A stretch of 64,000 nucleotides of DNA from an uncultured cyanobacterium (GTDB taxonomy: Bacteria; Cyanobacteriota; Cyanobacteriia; PCC-6307; Cyanobiaceae). Of the stretch, positions 13,266 to 25,668 are shown in pieces (the first letter of the stretch is position 1; each line of letters starts with the position of its first letter). A program made the position numbers and the translations under genes. The DNA is taken from contig CAVXWZ010000002.1 in the NCBI GenBank assembly GCA_963765575.1, positions 96,001 through 160,000 of the forward strand. Direction: 5' to 3'. The notes under the pieces were generated by a model. That model did not search any database and was not told the DNA's origin. It worked only from the letters and a program-made list of their open reading frames with translations.

Positions 13266-14479
13266 AGGGGACTAGCGGGCTGGGAATGGGGCAGGGCGCC
13301 GGCCTGCACCTGATCGAGGATGGCGGCCGCGGCCCGATCCGTGACACCCGGTTGACCGAGCTGGCGGCGCAGCCGGCGGTAGCCCTCAAGCATGGCCCGC
13401 CGCTCCGCACTGCCCTCCTCCAGCAGTGGCAGCGCCTGCTCCACGACGGCAGCGGGGTGGAGGTCCTCCTGGAGCAGTTCCGGCACCAGGCGCTCGCCCA
13501 GCACCAGGTTGACGGGAGAGATGTGGGGCACACTGAAGTGCAACAGATGGCGCGCCACAAAGGCCGTGAGCCAGCTGACGCGATAAACCACCACCTGGGG
13601 CACCCCCCGCAGGGCCAGTTCCAGGTTGACCGTGCCTGACTTGGCCAGGGCCAGGTCGGCGGCGGCACAGAGCAGGGGCTTGAGCCGGTCGCCGTCGGCG
13701 GCGGCAATGACCTGGGCCCGCAGGCCAGAGCGCTGCAGCTGGTGGTTGAGCCGAACCTCGAAACCCGTCAGTCCGGCAGGCACCAGCACCTGCAGACGGG
13801 GCTGACGGCGCTGCAGTTCAACCGCCGCCGCCACGATGTGGGGGAGAAGGTAATGCAGCTCCTGGCGCCGGGATGCGGGCATCAGCAACAGCACCGGGGC
13901 CTGGGGATCGAGACCGAGCTGCTCGCGGGCCTCCTCCCGACTGGGGGGGGTGCCGATGGTGTCGAGCAGGGGGTGGCCCACGTAGGTGACGGTGGCGCCC
14001 CGGCAGCGGTAGTAGCGGGCCTCCTCCTGAAAGATGGCCAGGATCTGGTTGGTGAAGCGGATCAGGTTGGTGCGCCCTTCAGAGCCAAACTTGAAGGCCC
14101 ATTCCTGGGGGGCGATGTAGTAGGTGATGGGGACTTGGGGGAAGCGGCGCTTGGTGCGCAGCCCAAGACTCACATTGGCGCCCATGTAGTCGATGAGCAC
14201 GACGCCATCGGGCGGCTGCTGGCGAAACCAGCGCCGTAGCCGGCGCTGAACCCGCAGCGTGGGCAGCACAAAGGGGATCGCCTCCAGCAGGCCGATCGCC
14301 CCCATGCGCGTGGTGTCCGCCAGCAGCTCGGCACCGGCACGTTGCATGCGTTCGCCGCCCAGGGCCAGCACCCGCAGCTTCAAGCCCCGCCGGCGCGCCT
14401 CCCGATGCAGCGCCTCCACCAGCAACGATCCCTGGAGATCTCCCGACACCTCGCCGGTGCTCACCAGCAGGCGGAGCAT
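13262..14479 (-). CDS. lpxB: Lipid-A-disaccharide synthase
   Basis: [23 protein letters not shown] and KSGTVNLE motifs; lpx operon context. Confidence 0.96.
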   Translation of the reverse strand: MLRLLVSTGEVSGDLQGSLLVEALHREARRRGLKLRVLALGGERMQRAGAELLADTTRMGAIGLLEAIPFVLPTLRVQRRLRRWFRQQPPDGVVLIDYMGANVSLGLRTKRRFPQVPITYYIAPQEWAFKFGSEGRTNLIRFTNQILAIFQEEARYYRCRGATVTYVGHPLLDTIGTPPSREEAREQLGLDPQAPVLLLMPASRRQELHYLLPHIVAAAVELQRRQPRLQVLVPAGLTGFEVRLNHQLQRSGLRAQVIAAADGDRLKPLLCAAADLALAKSGTVNLELALRGVPQVVVYRVSWLTAFVARHLLHFSVPHISPVNLVLGERLVPELLQEDLHPAAVVEQALPLLEEGSAERRAMLEGYRRLRRQLGQPGVTDRAAAAILDQVQAGALPHSQPASPL

Positions 14480-15285
14480 CAGCGGCTCCCCGGGATCGGG
14501 CCGCGCCGGCCTGGGGCCAGCGAGGCCTCCAGGAAGCTGAGCAGTTCTTCAGCGGCAGCGGTGAGCGGTTCCCGCCGCAACTGGGCCAGGGCTTCTCCCA
14601 GCACCAGGCCCCGGCGATAGATCACGGTCCAGGCCCGTTTGAGATCCTCCAGTTGGCGGCCACCGTCGAGATCGGCCAGGCCACTGCGCTGCAGGCCGAT
14701 GCGGTTGAGCACCCGCACCCGCGCCGGATTGCCCTCCACGGTGCTGAACGGGGGCACATCGCGCTCGATGCGGCTCATGCCGCCCACCATCGCCAGGGTG
14801 CCGATGTGCACGAACTGGTGGATGCCCAGCATGCCGCCGATCACCGCCCGATCGGCAATGGTCACATGGCCCGCCACGGCCACGCCGTTGGCGATCACGA
14901 TGCGATCGCCGAGCAGACAGTTGTGGCCAAGGTGGCTGTAGGCCATCAGCAGATTGCCGTTGCCCACCCGGGTGTCCTGACGGTCCCGGGTGGCACGGTT
15001 GATCGTGACGCACTCGCGGATGGTGTTGTCATCGCCGAGCACCACGCCGGTGGGATCACCGGTGTACTTGAGGTCCTGGGGTTCCAGACCGATGCAGGCC
15101 CCGGGGAAGATGCGGTTGCCCCGGCCCATGCGCACCCGGCCATCGAGGACCACATGGGCGCCGATGCGGCAATCGGGACCGATCGAGACATCGGCACCGA
15201 TCACCGCGTAGGGCCCAACCTCAACGCCGCTGGCCAGTTCGGCCTGCGGATCGACGATGGCCGTGGGGTGAATGCTGGTGGACAT
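14479..15285 (-). CDS. lpxA: UDP-N-acetylglucosamine O-acyltransferase
   Basis: Hexapeptide repeats, [21 protein letters not shown]. Confidence 0.97.
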   Translation of the reverse strand: MSTSIHPTAIVDPQAELASGVEVGPYAVIGADVSIGPDCRIGAHVVLDGRVRMGRGNRIFPGACIGLEPQDLKYTGDPTGVVLGDDNTIRECVTINRATRDRQDTRVGNGNLLMAYSHLGHNCLLGDRIVIANGVAVAGHVTIADRAVIGGMLGIHQFVHIGTLAMVGGMSRIERDVPPFSTVEGNPARVRVLNRIGLQRSGLADLDGGRQLEDLKRAWTVIYRRGLVLGEALAQLRREPLTAAAEELLSFLEASLAPGRRGPIPGSR

Positions 15286-15290
15286 CGCAA

Positions 15291-15770
15291 TCAGTCCACC
15301 AGCGAGAACATCAACTCACCGGAGCACACCAGCAGGCCGTCCACCGTGGCCTCGGCCTGCACCTTGCCGAAACGTTTGCGCCGCAGGCTGAGCAGCTCGC
15401 AGGTGATCAGCAGCTGGTCGCCCGGCACCACCGGACGCCGGAAGCGCACCCCGTCGATGCCGGCGAAGACGAACAGGCCGCGGGGCAGGTCCGGCATCTG
15501 GGTCACGATCAGACCACCCACCTGGGCCATGGCTTCGACGATCAGCACCCCAGGCATCAGGGGCCGACCGGGGAAATGGCCCTGGAACTGGGGCTCGTTG
15601 ATGGTGACGTTCTTGATCGCCACGGCCCGCTTGCCCGGCTCATGCTCAATCACCCGATCCACCAACGCGAAGGGGTAGCGGTGGGGCAGGAGCCCCTGAA
15701 TCTGCTCCACGGCGAGCAGGGCCTGCCCGGATTCGACGGGGCTGTCGGCGGACGGAGTGGGCTCAGGCAA
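15291..15770 (-). CDS. fabZ: 3-hydroxyacyl-ACP dehydratase
   Basis: [13 protein letters not shown] and [22 protein letters not shown]. Confidence 0.97.
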   Translation of the reverse strand: MPEPTPSADSPVESGQALLAVEQIQGLLPHRYPFALVDRVIEHEPGKRAVAIKNVTINEPQFQGHFPGRPLMPGVLIVEAMAQVGGLIVTQMPDLPRGLFVFAGIDGVRFRRPVVPGDQLLITCELLSLRRKRFGKVQAEATVDGLLVCSGELMFSLVD

Positions 15771-15775
15771 GGTGT

Positions 15776-16633
15776 TCAGACAGGGAGAGGGGCGGGCTCG
15801 GCCACCAGGGCTGCCGCCAGGGCGGTGTGCAGGCGGTGGGAACCGCGGAAGGCAAACACCTGGGCGCGGGGCAATCCAACCAGGGCCAGGTCGCCCAGCA
15901 GGTCGAGAATTTTATGGCGCACCGGTTCATCGGGGTAGCGCAGGGGAGGGTTGAGCCAGCGCAGCCCATCACAGACGAGGGCATTCTCGAGGCTGCCGCC
16001 CCGGATCAGACCGGCGGCACGCAGCTGATCGACCTGGGAGCGCAGTCCGAAGGTGCGGGCCGGGGCGATTTCCGCCACAAAGCTGCTCGGCGTCAGCAGC
16101 AGGGAAAAGACCTGGCGACCGATGGCGGGCTCGGGGAACTCGATGGCGGCACCCAGGTGCAGGCTCTCTGCCGGCAGGGCCGTGACGAACCCCCCGCCGC
16201 CGTGCACGGTGAGGGGCGCCCGCAGCCCAGGCCGGGGAGACGGGGAGGGCAGCGGCTGTAGCCCCACGCTGGCGATCGCCTCCACCCAGGGCAGGGCGGA
16301 GCCATCGAGCAGGGGCACCTCCGGGCCGTCCACGCGGATCTCCACCCGGCTCACCCCGGTGCCGGCCAGGGCCGCGAGCAGGTGCTCCACCGTGGCCAAC
16401 CGGCGATCGCCGATGCGCAGCGCCGTGCACAGGGTGGTCTCGCAGACCTGATCCGGGCCGAGGGGCGTGGCCAGGGAGCCGGGCTGATCAAGTCCGCCCA
16501 GGCGGTAGCCCGGCAGGGAGCTGGGCAGCAGTCGCAGGCGGCAGGGGGCGCCGCTGTGCAGACCGACACCCCTGAGCTCCACCTCATCGGCGATGGTGTG
16601 GTCGCCGGCATAGTCGGCGGGCCAGACGGTCAC
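15776..16633 (-). CDS. lpxC: UDP-3-O-acyl-N-acetylglucosamine deacetylase
   Basis: [38 protein letters not shown] start overlaps the bamA stop. Confidence 0.95.
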   Translation of the reverse strand: MTVWPADYAGDHTIADEVELRGVGLHSGAPCRLRLLPSSLPGYRLGGLDQPGSLATPLGPDQVCETTLCTALRIGDRRLATVEHLLAALAGTGVSRVEIRVDGPEVPLLDGSALPWVEAIASVGLQPLPSPSPRPGLRAPLTVHGGGGFVTALPAESLHLGAAIEFPEPAIGRQVFSLLLTPSSFVAEIAPARTFGLRSQVDQLRAAGLIRGGSLENALVCDGLRWLNPPLRYPDEPVRHKILDLLGDLALVGLPRAQVFAFRGSHRLHTALAAALVAEPAPLPV

Positions 16634-18859
16634 TAGAACTTCCAGCCCACGCCCAGATTGAAGCGCCATTGGTCGCTGAAGTCTTCGCTGGCCACCTCCA
16701 GACGCAGGGGACCCACCGGGGTGGTGACGATCAGGCCGACCCCGGGTGAGTAGCCCTCGCCCGACTTGCCGAGCAGCCCGCCGGGGTTGCCGGGGATATC
16801 GGACTGGGTGCCGAAGGTGGTGCCGGCATCGAAGAACACGGAGCCACTGACGATGCTGAACAGGGGGAAGCGGTATTCCACCGTGAACTCCGCGAAACTC
16901 TTGCCGACGCCGAGATCGCAGTCGAAATAGCCGCGCACCGAGTTGCCGCCGCCGAGACAGAAGGCCTCATAGGGGGGAATGTCGTCGCCGACCAGGGTGC
17001 CAGCGGAAAACTGGAATGCCAGGGCCTGAGCGCAGTTCTCGGGCTCCCCGGGTTCGGGCCGGCAGCCCTTGAAGATCTTCAGCCAGTTGACGGGAATGAA
17101 GTGGCTGATGCTGCCGCGGACACGATTGAACGTGGGAGAATCATCACCCACGGAAATAAATTGCTCCGTACTGAGGCTGAGGAAATTGCCGCTGGTGGGA
17201 TTGCGCGGATCATTCAGTGAGTTGTAGGTGGCGCCAACGCGGAAACTCAGCAACTGGTTTTCGGAGGCGCAGTTGAAGGCGATACAGATCACCTGGGAGC
17301 GGGACACCACATCAGGCGACTTGGTGGCGCCCACAACGGCCCTGGAGTTCTTGTCGCCGGCGAAATTCATCGGCGTGACTTCCTGCCCCCCGAAGGCCAG
17401 CACCAATCGCCAGGGCGAATCGCGGAAGGGGTCGCCGCCATTGAGCGGGCGCACGAACTGAACGCTGGCGCCGGCCCGCTGGAGGGCGACAGCTGTCAAA
17501 GCTGGTGCGCACCAACTGATCGCCACCGCCAATGTTGCGGGGTTCATTGGTGACGACCTCGAAATCAGCGCCGCGAATGCGCTGGGAGCCGTTCCGGAAG
17601 ACACTTTCGCGGCTCTGGAACACCTGGGGAACCTCGCGGCTGAAGAACGCCCTCGCTCGGAACGAGGTGCGATGGCGGTCACCCTTGATCCAGGGATCGA
17701 AGAAGGTGACGTCGCCAAGGCCGCCGAACTGGCCGTAGGACAAATTCGTGCCCAGGTCCCAGGCGCGGCCCATCAGGTTGGTTTCCTGCAGGGAGATCTG
17801 GCCGAAGACGCCCTGGCTCTGGCTGAAGCCCACACCACCGGAGAGTGAGCCGGTGGACTGCTCGACGATCCCGAGCACCACCACCACGTTCCCCGGCTCG
17901 CCGGGCACCGGTCGCAGCGTCACCCGCACATCACTGAACAAGCCGGTGCCATAGAGGCGGCGGATGTCCTCCTCAAGCTGACGGCGGTTGAACACCGAGC
18001 CGGGCTCGAGGGACACCTCGCGGGTGATCACCCAGGGCTTGGACTTGCCGCGGATCGGCTCGCCCTGCTCATTGGTGGGCTCACCTTCACTGTTGATGAA
18101 CTGCACCTCGACGCCATCGACGGTGCCTTCCCGCACCAGCAGCTCCACCTGGCCATCAGGGCTGACCCGGGAGGGGCCGGTGACGCGGGCCAGGGAGAAG
18201 CCCTCGTCGGTGTACCAGCTCTGCAGGGACCGCATGCGGGTCTGCAGGGTGTTGAGGTTGAGGGTCCTGCCGAAATCGGAGGCGAAGGTTTCGGCGATCA
18301 CCTCCTCGGGGAGCTTGATTTCGCCCGCGGGCTCGGCGGTGACGCGGCTGAGCACGGGGTTGGGGATCACCGTGACCACCAGGCTCACCCCCAGCGGACC
18401 ATCGATCGGCTGGATCCGCACATCGGCAAACCAGCCGGTGGCAAAGATGGCGGCCACATCGGTCTCGAGTTCGGGCCGGGTGACGCGGCTGCCGGGGATC
18501 GTGGCCATGGCCTCATAGGCCGCGATCTCCAGCCGCTCAGCCTCGGGATGGCCTTCGAGGCCCTCCACCACCACCTCGGCAATCAGCACCCGAGGCTCGG
18601 CGGGGGCATCCGGGGCGATCCCAGCGGCAGGCGGCTCACCGCCGTCAGCCGGAGCGGCCCCGGGGGGAAGCTGACCGCCCGGTTCGAAAAAGGGTTCGTC
18701 GACCTGCTGGGAAGCCGGGGGATCAAAAGCCGGTGGGCTGGAGCCAGGATCCTGCTGGGCCAGCGCTGGACCGGCGGTAAGGCAACCCAGGCCCAGGAGG
18801 GACAGGGCGACCTTGGAAGCCAACTTGCCGGCCATGGGGGAGGGGGATCTGGGCGGCAT
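16633..18859 (-). CDS. bamA: Outer-membrane assembly factor BamA/Omp85, split by a +1 frameshift at about 17491
   Basis: Signal peptide and POTRA-like region in ORF 17312-19150; beta-barrel with SVRGY and terminal GWKF in ORF 16633-17718. Removing one base restores FDS-VALQR. Confidence 0.9.
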
Positions 18860-18878
18860 TGCCGCAAATGCCGGCACG

Positions 18879-19637
18879 TTACCGGTACACCTGTGGTTCA
18901 GGACAGGCCCGCTGGAGCCGTTTGAGAACCTGCCCATAGGCTTCCACAACACCGCCGAGATCCTGGCGGAAGCGGTCTTTGTCGAGAATGCGGTCCTGGC
19001 TGTCGGCCACGGCCCGGTCCCACAGACGGCAGGTATCCGGGCTGATTTCATCGGCCAGCACCAGCTCACCATCGCTGGTGAAGCCCAGTTCGATCTTGAA
19101 ATCCACCAGCTGGAGACCCACCGAATCCAACAGGGGCCTGAGTTCATCATTCACCCGCCGGGCCAGGGTCTCGATCTGGGCGCGCTGGTCGGGCGTGACC
19201 AGATCCAGCCGTTCCAGGCGCGCCTCGGTGAGCAGGGGATCGCCATAGGCGTCGTCCTTGTAGTAGAGGTCGCAGAGGGGGGGCTCCAGCGGGGTGCCGG
19301 GCTGGATCGGCAGTTGGCGGCAGAGCGAGCCGGCCGCCAGGTTGCGGATCACCACCTCCAGCGGAATCACCCGCACCGGCCGCACCAGCATCCAGTTGGC
19401 GGCCTCACCCACCCCGAGGTAGTGGGTGACCATGCCCCGGCTGGCCAGAAACTCGAACAACAGCGCCGAAATCTGGCAGTTGAGGGTGCCCTTGCCGGCA
19501 AGACTGGCCTTCTTGAGGGCATTGAAGGCCGTGGCATCGTCCTTGTATTCGACCGCCACCAGGTCGCTGCGGTCGGTGGCATGCACCCGCTTGGCCTTGC
19601 CCTCATAGAGCAGGGGGCCGAGCTGAAAGGCGGTCAT
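18879..19637 (-). CDS. purC: SAICAR synthetase
   Basis: [39 protein letters not shown]. Confidence 0.97.
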   Translation of the reverse strand: MTAFQLGPLLYEGKAKRVHATDRSDLVAVEYKDDATAFNALKKASLAGKGTLNCQISALLFEFLASRGMVTHYLGVGEAANWMLVRPVRVIPLEVVIRNLAAGSLCRQLPIQPGTPLEPPLCDLYYKDDAYGDPLLTEARLERLDLVTPDQRAQIETLARRVNDELRPLLDSVGLQLVDFKIELGFTSDGELVLADEISPDTCRLWDRAVADSQDRILDKDRFRQDLGGVVEAYGQVLKRLQRACPEPQVYR

Positions 19638-20644
19638 GGCTGTGGGATCGAAGAGCGGGCGGGGGCAGGAGCCGGCAGCGGCATGGCGTGGCCTCCGCTG
19701 TCGCGGGGCGAGCGCAGCAACTGCTCCAGCTCCAGGTTGCGGCTGTCGTGCTCAGGCCCACCCAGCCGGCGGCGCTGCAGCCATTCACCGTAGGCGTCGT
19801 CAAGGCGCTGGCCCAGCCGCAGGCGACGCTCGAGGGCCTGACGGGAGGCCTCATCGCTGACCCCGGCCGCCAGCTGTTGGTCCAGCAACGCCGCCACCAG
19901 CCCCCAGGCACCGGCGGCAGCGGCCTGCTCGAGCGCCGTCTCCAGAATCTGATCCCGCTGCCGCAGGGGCAGGGTGTCGCCGAGGGCCACCGCCCGGCCC
20001 CAGCGGGCCGCGGTGGCGGCTCCTGGGCTGCTGCTCGCCAGCAGCGTCTGCGCGGCCCGGCGCCGTTGGCCCAGGCTCTCGAGATGGTCGGCGAGCAGAT
20101 CGAGGGCGGAGCGGGTGTCGGGGTCAGCCCCCTGCCGGTCCGGCGGACCCACGGGCAGGGGCAGATCCTCGAGTCTCTGCAGATCGCCTGCGGCCAGCAG
20201 CGTGAGGGCCTGCACGGCGAGGTCGTGGCGCAGGCCGGCCTGGGCTGCCCGCCACTGCATCACCAGCCAGCGGCGGCGGCCAGCACCGGGGGCCGGCGCG
20301 ACGCGGGCCAGGACGTCCAGGGCTGCCTGGGGGGCCGCACAGGCAAGCAGCTGATCGGCCCTCAGCAGCACCTCGTCGAGGGAGGGGGCGGGCTCCAGCG
20401 CGGCGATCAGGGCCCGCTGCTGCTCCCGCAGGCCAGGGCGATCGCCGCGGCGGCGCAGCAGCAGGCAGTCGGTCGCTGACGCGTCCGCGGCCGCTGGTGT
20501 GGCTGCAGCGACAGTGGCTGGAGGGGCAGTGGCGGCTGGGGCGGGGCCGAACAGCAGCGGTGACAGCAGCAGGGCCAGTCGCCAGCGCAGCCTTCTGCGG
20601 CGAACGCCACCCCCAGCGGCCGGTTCGGAGAGAAGATGGGACAC
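19634..20644 (-). CDS. Hypothetical exported helical-repeat (TPR-like) protein
   Basis: Long ORF overlapping the purC start by 4 nt; signal-peptide-like N-terminus; Ala/Leu-rich helices. Confidence 0.7.
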   Translation of the reverse strand: MSHLLSEPAAGGGVRRRRLRWRLALLLSPLLFGPAPAATAPPATVAAATPAAADASATDCLLLRRRGDRPGLREQQRALIAALEPAPSLDEVLLRADQLLACAAPQAALDVLARVAPAPGAGRRRWLVMQWRAAQAGLRHDLAVQALTLLAAGDLQRLEDLPLPVGPPDRQGADPDTRSALDLLADHLESLGQRRRAAQTLLASSSPGAATAARWGRAVALGDTLPLRQRDQILETALEQAAAAGAWGLVAALLDQQLAAGVSDEASRQALERRLRLGQRLDDAYGEWLQRRRLGGPEHDSRNLELEQLLRSPRDSGGHAMPLPAPAPARSSIPQP

Positions 20645-20730
20645 GGCGAGCCGTCCGACGGAGGTCTTCTGCTCCGCTCAAGCTAGGAGAGCCTCTCCCC
20701 CCCACCCGTCTTCCCCCCCGCGTCCCCCGC

Positions 20731-22029
20731 ATGGCTCCAGAGGCATCACCCCATCCCGCCCGGATCCTGGTGGTGGGCAGTGGCGGCCGGGAAAACGCCC
20801 TGGCCTGGGCGCTGCAGCGCAGCCACGGCGTGCAGGGGGTATGGATCGCTCCCGGCAACGGCGGCAGTGCCGACCTGGCCGGCTGCCAGCAACTGGCCGT
20901 CGCCGAAAGCGATGCTGAGGGCCTGACGGCGGCCTGCCGGCAACACGGGATCGAGCTGGTGGTGGTAGGCCCGGAAGCCCCCCTGGCCGCCGGCCTCGCC
21001 GATCAGCTGCGGGCCGCCGGCCTGGACGTGTTCGGCCCCGGCGCCGACGGAGCCCGGCTGGAAGCCAGCAAGCACTGGGCCAAGTCGCTGATGCGGGAAG
21101 CCGGGGTGCCCAGCGCCGGCCACTGGTGGGCCGGCCAAGAGCAGGATGCCCTGCAGGTGCTGGAGAGCCAGGGCAGGCCGCTGGTGGTCAAGGCCGATGG
21201 CCTGGCGTCCGGCAAGGGCGTGACCGTGGCCGAAACCATGGACGAGGCCCGCACCGCCATCGCCGAGATCTTCGCCGGCCGCTTCGGCAGCGAGGCCTCG
21301 CTGGTACTCGAGCAGCGCATCGAGGGCCCCGAGGTGTCGGTGTTCGCCCTCACCGACGGCCGCGATCTGGTGCTGCTGCCGCCAGCCCAGGACCACAAGC
21401 GCATCGGCGAGGGGGACACGGGCCCGAACACCGGCGGCATGGGGGCCTACGCCCCGGCCCCATTGCTGGATGGGGAAGCGCTCGAGCAGGTGCGGCGGGG
21501 GGTGCTGGAGCCCACCCTGGCGGCCCTGCGCCGCCGTGGCATCGACTACCGCGGCGTGATCTACGCCGGCCTGATGCTCACGGCCGAGGGGCCCAGCGTG
21601 ATCGAATTCAACTGCCGCTTCGGCGACCCGGAGTGCGAAACACTGATGCCCCTGCTGGGTCCCGAGCTGGCCACCGTGCTGCTGGCCTGCGCCCGGGGGC
21701 AGCTGGCCGCGGCCCCGCCGCTGTCGATTGCGCCCCTCTGCAGCGCCTGCGTGATCGCCGCCGCCGAGGGCTACCCAGGGGCCGTGCGCCAGGGCGATGC
21801 CATCCACAGCACCCTGCAACCGAGCGACCATCTGCAGCTGTTCCATGCCGGCAGCCGCCGCGACAGCGAGGGCGTGTGCCGCACCGGGGGCGGGCGGGTG
21901 CTGGCGCTGGTGGCCCAGGCCGGTGACTTCGACGGGGCGTTCGAGCGCGCCTATGCCGGGCTCGCCCAGGTGCACTTCGAGGGCATGGCCTTCCGGCGCG
22001 ACATCGGCCACCAGGTGCGGCGTCGATGA
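20731..22029 (+). CDS. purD: Phosphoribosylamine--glycine ligase
   Basis: ILVVGSGGRE, VGPEAPL, KADGLASGKGV, GPNTGGMGAY, EFNCRFGDPE. Confidence 0.97.
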   Translation: MAPEASPHPARILVVGSGGRENALAWALQRSHGVQGVWIAPGNGGSADLAGCQQLAVAESDAEGLTAACRQHGIELVVVGPEAPLAAGLADQLRAAGLDVFGPGADGARLEASKHWAKSLMREAGVPSAGHWWAGQEQDALQVLESQGRPLVVKADGLASGKGVTVAETMDEARTAIAEIFAGRFGSEASLVLEQRIEGPEVSVFALTDGRDLVLLPPAQDHKRIGEGDTGPNTGGMGAYAPAPLLDGEALEQVRRGVLEPTLAALRRRGIDYRGVIYAGLMLTAEGPSVIEFNCRFGDPECETLMPLLGPELATVLLACARGQLAAAPPLSIAPLCSACVIAAAEGYPGAVRQGDAIHSTLQPSDHLQLFHAGSRRDSEGVCRTGGGRVLALVAQAGDFDGAFERAYAGLAQVHFEGMAFRRDIGHQVRRR

Positions 22030-24044
22030 GCGCTGCTGCCCCCCCCACCCAGCGCAGCTGGCGCCAGGCCCTGGAGCACTGGTGGGCGGAGTTCAGCCTC
22101 CAGACCAAGCTGCTGGCCGTGGCCACCCTGGTGGTGAGCCTGCTGATGACGGGCATCACCTTCCTGGCCCTCAACGGCATTCAGCGCGACGCGCGCATGA
22201 GCGACACCCGCTATGCGCGCGATCTCGGCCTGCTGCTCTCAGCCAACGTCACGCCCCTTGTGGCCGACGGCAACGACCGCGAACTGGCGTCGGTGGCCGA
22301 TCGCTTCTGGCGCTCCAGCCGCAGCCTGCGCTACATCTTTTTCGCCGATCCCGAAGGGATCATCTACCTCGGAATTCCGATCGGCTCCAACAACGGCACC
22401 AGCGAACTGTTGCTGAGCCGGCGGCTGGAGTTGCCCGCCGACATCCAGAAGCGTCCGGACAACCCCCTGGTGCGTCAGCACCTCACCCCGGACGGTCAGG
22501 TCACCGACGTGTTCGTGCCGATGGTGAGCGACGGCACCTACCTGGGCGTGCTGGCCCTCGGCATCAACCCGAATGAAACTCTGCTGGCCAGCGCCGCCCT
22601 CACCCGCGAGGTGACCGTGGCGGTGTTCATCTCGATCTGGGTGCTGGTGATCCTCGGTTCGGTGTTCAACGCCCTGACAATCACCCAGCCGGTCAAGGAG
22701 CTGCTGCGGGGGGTGCGCCAGATCGCCGGCGGCAACTTCGCAACCCGCATCGCCCTGCCCGTGGGAGGCGAACTGGGGGAGCTGCTGCAGGGGTTCAACA
22801 CCATGGCCACCCAGCTGGAGGAATACAAGGCCGCCAACATCGAGGAGTTGCGGGCAGCCCAGGTCAAACAGGAATCACTGATCGCCACCATGGCCGACGG
22901 GGCGGTGCTGCTGGATGCCGAAGGGGCGATCGTGCTGGCCAACCCCACGGCCCGCCGCCTGTTCCGCTGGGAGGGGCGCAACCTCGAAGGCAATGCCCTG
23001 ATCCGGGAATTGCCCGACCGGCTGGCCATCGACCTGCAGGAGGCCCTCGACACCGTCACGGGCGGCGGGCTGGACAGCACCGATGTGCGCTGCAGCCTGG
23101 GGGAACCGGCCCGCACGCTGCGCATCGTGCTGCAGTCGGTGCGGGATGCGAGCGGGGAGACCCTGAAGGGCATCGCCATGACGGTGCAGGACCTCACCCG
23201 GGAAGTGGAGCTGAATGCGGCCCAGAGCCGGTTCATCAGCAATGTGTCCCATGAACTGCGCACCCCGCTGTTCAACATCAAGAGCTACGTGGAAACCCTC
23301 TACGACCTGGGCGACCAGTTGAGTGAGGAGGAGACGCGCGAGTTTCTGGGCATCGCCAACGCCGAAACCGACCGCCTGACGCGGCTGGTGAACGACGTGC
23401 TGGATCTCTCGCGGCTGGAATCGGAGCGCCAGTGGAGTTTTGACCCCCTGGAGGTGGACACGGCCATCGAGCAGACCTTGCGCACCTACCGCCTCAATGC
23501 GGAAGAGAAGGGTGTGAGCCTGCACTTCGTTCCCGACCCCCAGCTGCCGCGGGTGCTGGGCAACTGGGATCTGCTGCTGCAGGTGCTCGACAATCTGGTG
23601 GGCAATGCCCTGAAATTCACGTCCCCGGGCGGACGCCTGACGCTGCACGCCTATCCCTGGCCAGATCTCTGCGCGCTGCCGAGCGAAGCCCAGCCGGAGC
23701 ACTCCGGGCCGAGCTGTGAGTTCCAGTCCCCCATGCCCCGGCTACGGGTGGAGATCGCCGACACGGGCAGCGGCATCGCCCCCCCGGATCAGGAGCGCAT
23801 CTTCGATCGCTTCTTCCGGGTGGAGAACGCAGTGCACACCGAGGCCGGCACCGGGCTGGGACTCTCGATCGTGCGCGGCATCCTCGACAAGCACGGCGCC
23901 CGCATCGCCATGGCCAGCGAGCTGGGGGTGGGCACCACCTTCTGGTTTGACCTGCCGCTCGAGGAGTCGGACAACGAGGAACTGCAACTGCTCGCCGACC
24001 GCCGGCAGTTGGCCAGCGGCGGCCTGGTCACGGGTCTGGGCTGA
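22026..24044 (+). CDS. nblS: Sensor histidine kinase NblS/Hik33 (TM-HAMP-PAS-HisKA-HATPase)
   Basis: WWAEFSLQTKLL N-terminus, SHELRTPLFNIK H-box, NLVGNALKFT, GTGLGL; adjacent to purD and kaiC. Confidence 0.93.
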   Translation: MSAAAPPTQRSWRQALEHWWAEFSLQTKLLAVATLVVSLLMTGITFLALNGIQRDARMSDTRYARDLGLLLSANVTPLVADGNDRELASVADRFWRSSRSLRYIFFADPEGIIYLGIPIGSNNGTSELLLSRRLELPADIQKRPDNPLVRQHLTPDGQVTDVFVPMVSDGTYLGVLALGINPNETLLASAALTREVTVAVFISIWVLVILGSVFNALTITQPVKELLRGVRQIAGGNFATRIALPVGGELGELLQGFNTMATQLEEYKAANIEELRAAQVKQESLIATMADGAVLLDAEGAIVLANPTARRLFRWEGRNLEGNALIRELPDRLAIDLQEALDTVTGGGLDSTDVRCSLGEPARTLRIVLQSVRDASGETLKGIAMTVQDLTREVELNAAQSRFISNVSHELRTPLFNIKSYVETLYDLGDQLSEEETREFLGIANAETDRLTRLVNDVLDLSRLESERQWSFDPLEVDTAIEQTLRTYRLNAEEKGVSLHFVPDPQLPRVLGNWDLLLQVLDNLVGNALKFTSPGGRLTLHAYPWPDLCALPSEAQPEHSGPSCEFQSPMPRLRVEIADTGSGIAPPDQERIFDRFFRVENAVHTEAGTGLGLSIVRGILDKHGARIAMASELGVGTTFWFDLPLEESDNEELQLLADRRQLASGGLVTGLG

Positions 24045-24048
24045 TCCT

Positions 24049-25596
24049 TCAAGGGGTGCCGGTGTCGCCTGCCACGCTCTGCACAATCCGCGCCAGTTCG
24101 CTGCGTTCGTCGGCGGCGATGCGGTGCGGCACCCCCGAAATGATGCGCTCGAAGTTGGAGAACGAATCCTTGATCTCGGGGCCTTGCCCGGTGATCACAA
24201 ATTCACGAATGCCCTTGTCGTGCCAGGAGCCACGCATCTTGAACACATTCAAGGCCCTGGCCATCTCGCCACGAATCTCCACGTATTGCAACAGGAGAAT
24301 GGTGTCAGTGATGGTCGAAATATGGGAGTCAGTAATCGAGTGACTACCCATAAACTCTTCCGATGTATTGGTGAAGAATCCTGCAATTTCCTCCTGCTTG
24401 GCATAGCCAGTGATGCCAATCACGAATTGCCGAAAGGCATTATGGCTGACGCCGCGGGAGAGGGCGCTGAGCGAATCAATCGCTATCCGGGAGGGTTTGT
24501 AGTCGCGGATTTCGGTCTTGATGATCTGCAGATGGTCTTCCAGGCCGGTTGATTCTGGATAGGCACAGATGATTTTCAGCAATCCATCCTGCTCCATTTG
24601 CTCGAAATCAATGCCCCAGCTGGTGGCATTGCGCAGCAGCTGTGCGCGCGACTCCTCATAGGCAAAGAGAATCGCTCGCTCCTGATGGCGATAGGCATTT
24701 TCCACGAACTTCGACACCAGCAAGGTCTTGCCGGTGCCGGTGGCACCGGTGGCCAGGATGATCGAATCCTTGAAGAATCCCCCCCCGCACATGGCGTCCA
24801 GCTTCGGCACCCCTGAGCTGATGCGCACGTTCGAGCTGCGCTGGGTGAGCCGCATCGCGCCCAGGGGGAACACACTCATGCCATGGCTACCGAGGGTGAA
24901 CGGGAACTCACCTTTCATGTGGGTCGTGCCCCGCAGTTTCAGGATTTCCACCGTGCGGCGGCGGCGCTCACCCTCCAGCACGTTACGAAGGATGACCACG
25001 TTGTCCGAGACAAATTCCTCGACCCCATAGCGGGCCACGGGGCCATACTCTTCCACCCGTTCGGTGGTCATCACGGTGGTGACGCCGATGTCCTTCAGCC
25101 TGGCTATCAAGCGGAAAATTTCTCGCCGCACCACCGAAATCGCATCGTATTGCTGGAAGACCGCAGTCATCGAATCAATCGCAACTCGACGAGCCTTATA
25201 CTTGCGGATGGCATAGTTGATGCGCTCGATCAACCCAGAAAGATCAAAGCTGCCCGCCACATCCTGACCTTCAGGATCGGGAGATGCATCAAGAATGAAG
25301 AGCTTGCCCTGCTCAACCATCTCCTGAATATCCCAGCCAAAACTGGCCGCATTTCGAATGATGTCAGTCGGCGACTCTTCAAATGTCACGAAGATGCCGG
25401 GCTCATTGTAATGAATGATGCCGTTGTAGAGATAGTTCAGCGACAGGATCGTCTTGCCCGTTCCCGAGGTGCCCGACACCAAGGTGGCGCGGCCAGTGGG
25501 CAGGCCGCCGTGGCAGACATCATCAAAGCCCTCAATGCCCGTGGGCAACTTCTGCACCAGCGTCAGGGGTGCTGCAGGGGAAGCGGGATCCGACAT
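24049..25596 (-). CDS. kaiC: Circadian clock protein KaiC
   Basis: Two P-loops (GTSGTGKT, GATGTGKT) and DSHISTITDT containing the phosphorylated S/T pair. Confidence 0.98.
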   Translation of the reverse strand: MSDPASPAAPLTLVQKLPTGIEGFDDVCHGGLPTGRATLVSGTSGTGKTILSLNYLYNGIIHYNEPGIFVTFEESPTDIIRNAASFGWDIQEMVEQGKLFILDASPDPEGQDVAGSFDLSGLIERINYAIRKYKARRVAIDSMTAVFQQYDAISVVRREIFRLIARLKDIGVTTVMTTERVEEYGPVARYGVEEFVSDNVVILRNVLEGERRRRTVEILKLRGTTHMKGEFPFTLGSHGMSVFPLGAMRLTQRSSNVRISSGVPKLDAMCGGGFFKDSIILATGATGTGKTLLVSKFVENAYRHQERAILFAYEESRAQLLRNATSWGIDFEQMEQDGLLKIICAYPESTGLEDHLQIIKTEIRDYKPSRIAIDSLSALSRGVSHNAFRQFVIGITGYAKQEEIAGFFTNTSEEFMGSHSITDSHISTITDTILLLQYVEIRGEMARALNVFKMRGSWHDKGIREFVITGQGPEIKDSFSNFERIISGVPHRIAADERSELARIVQSVAGDTGTP

Positions 25597-25668
25597 CACA
25601 GGGAGTTGGTTGGGGCGGGCGGGGGTCGGCGGAGCCGAGGGGAGGGAAGCGTGACCCGAAGCAGGGCT

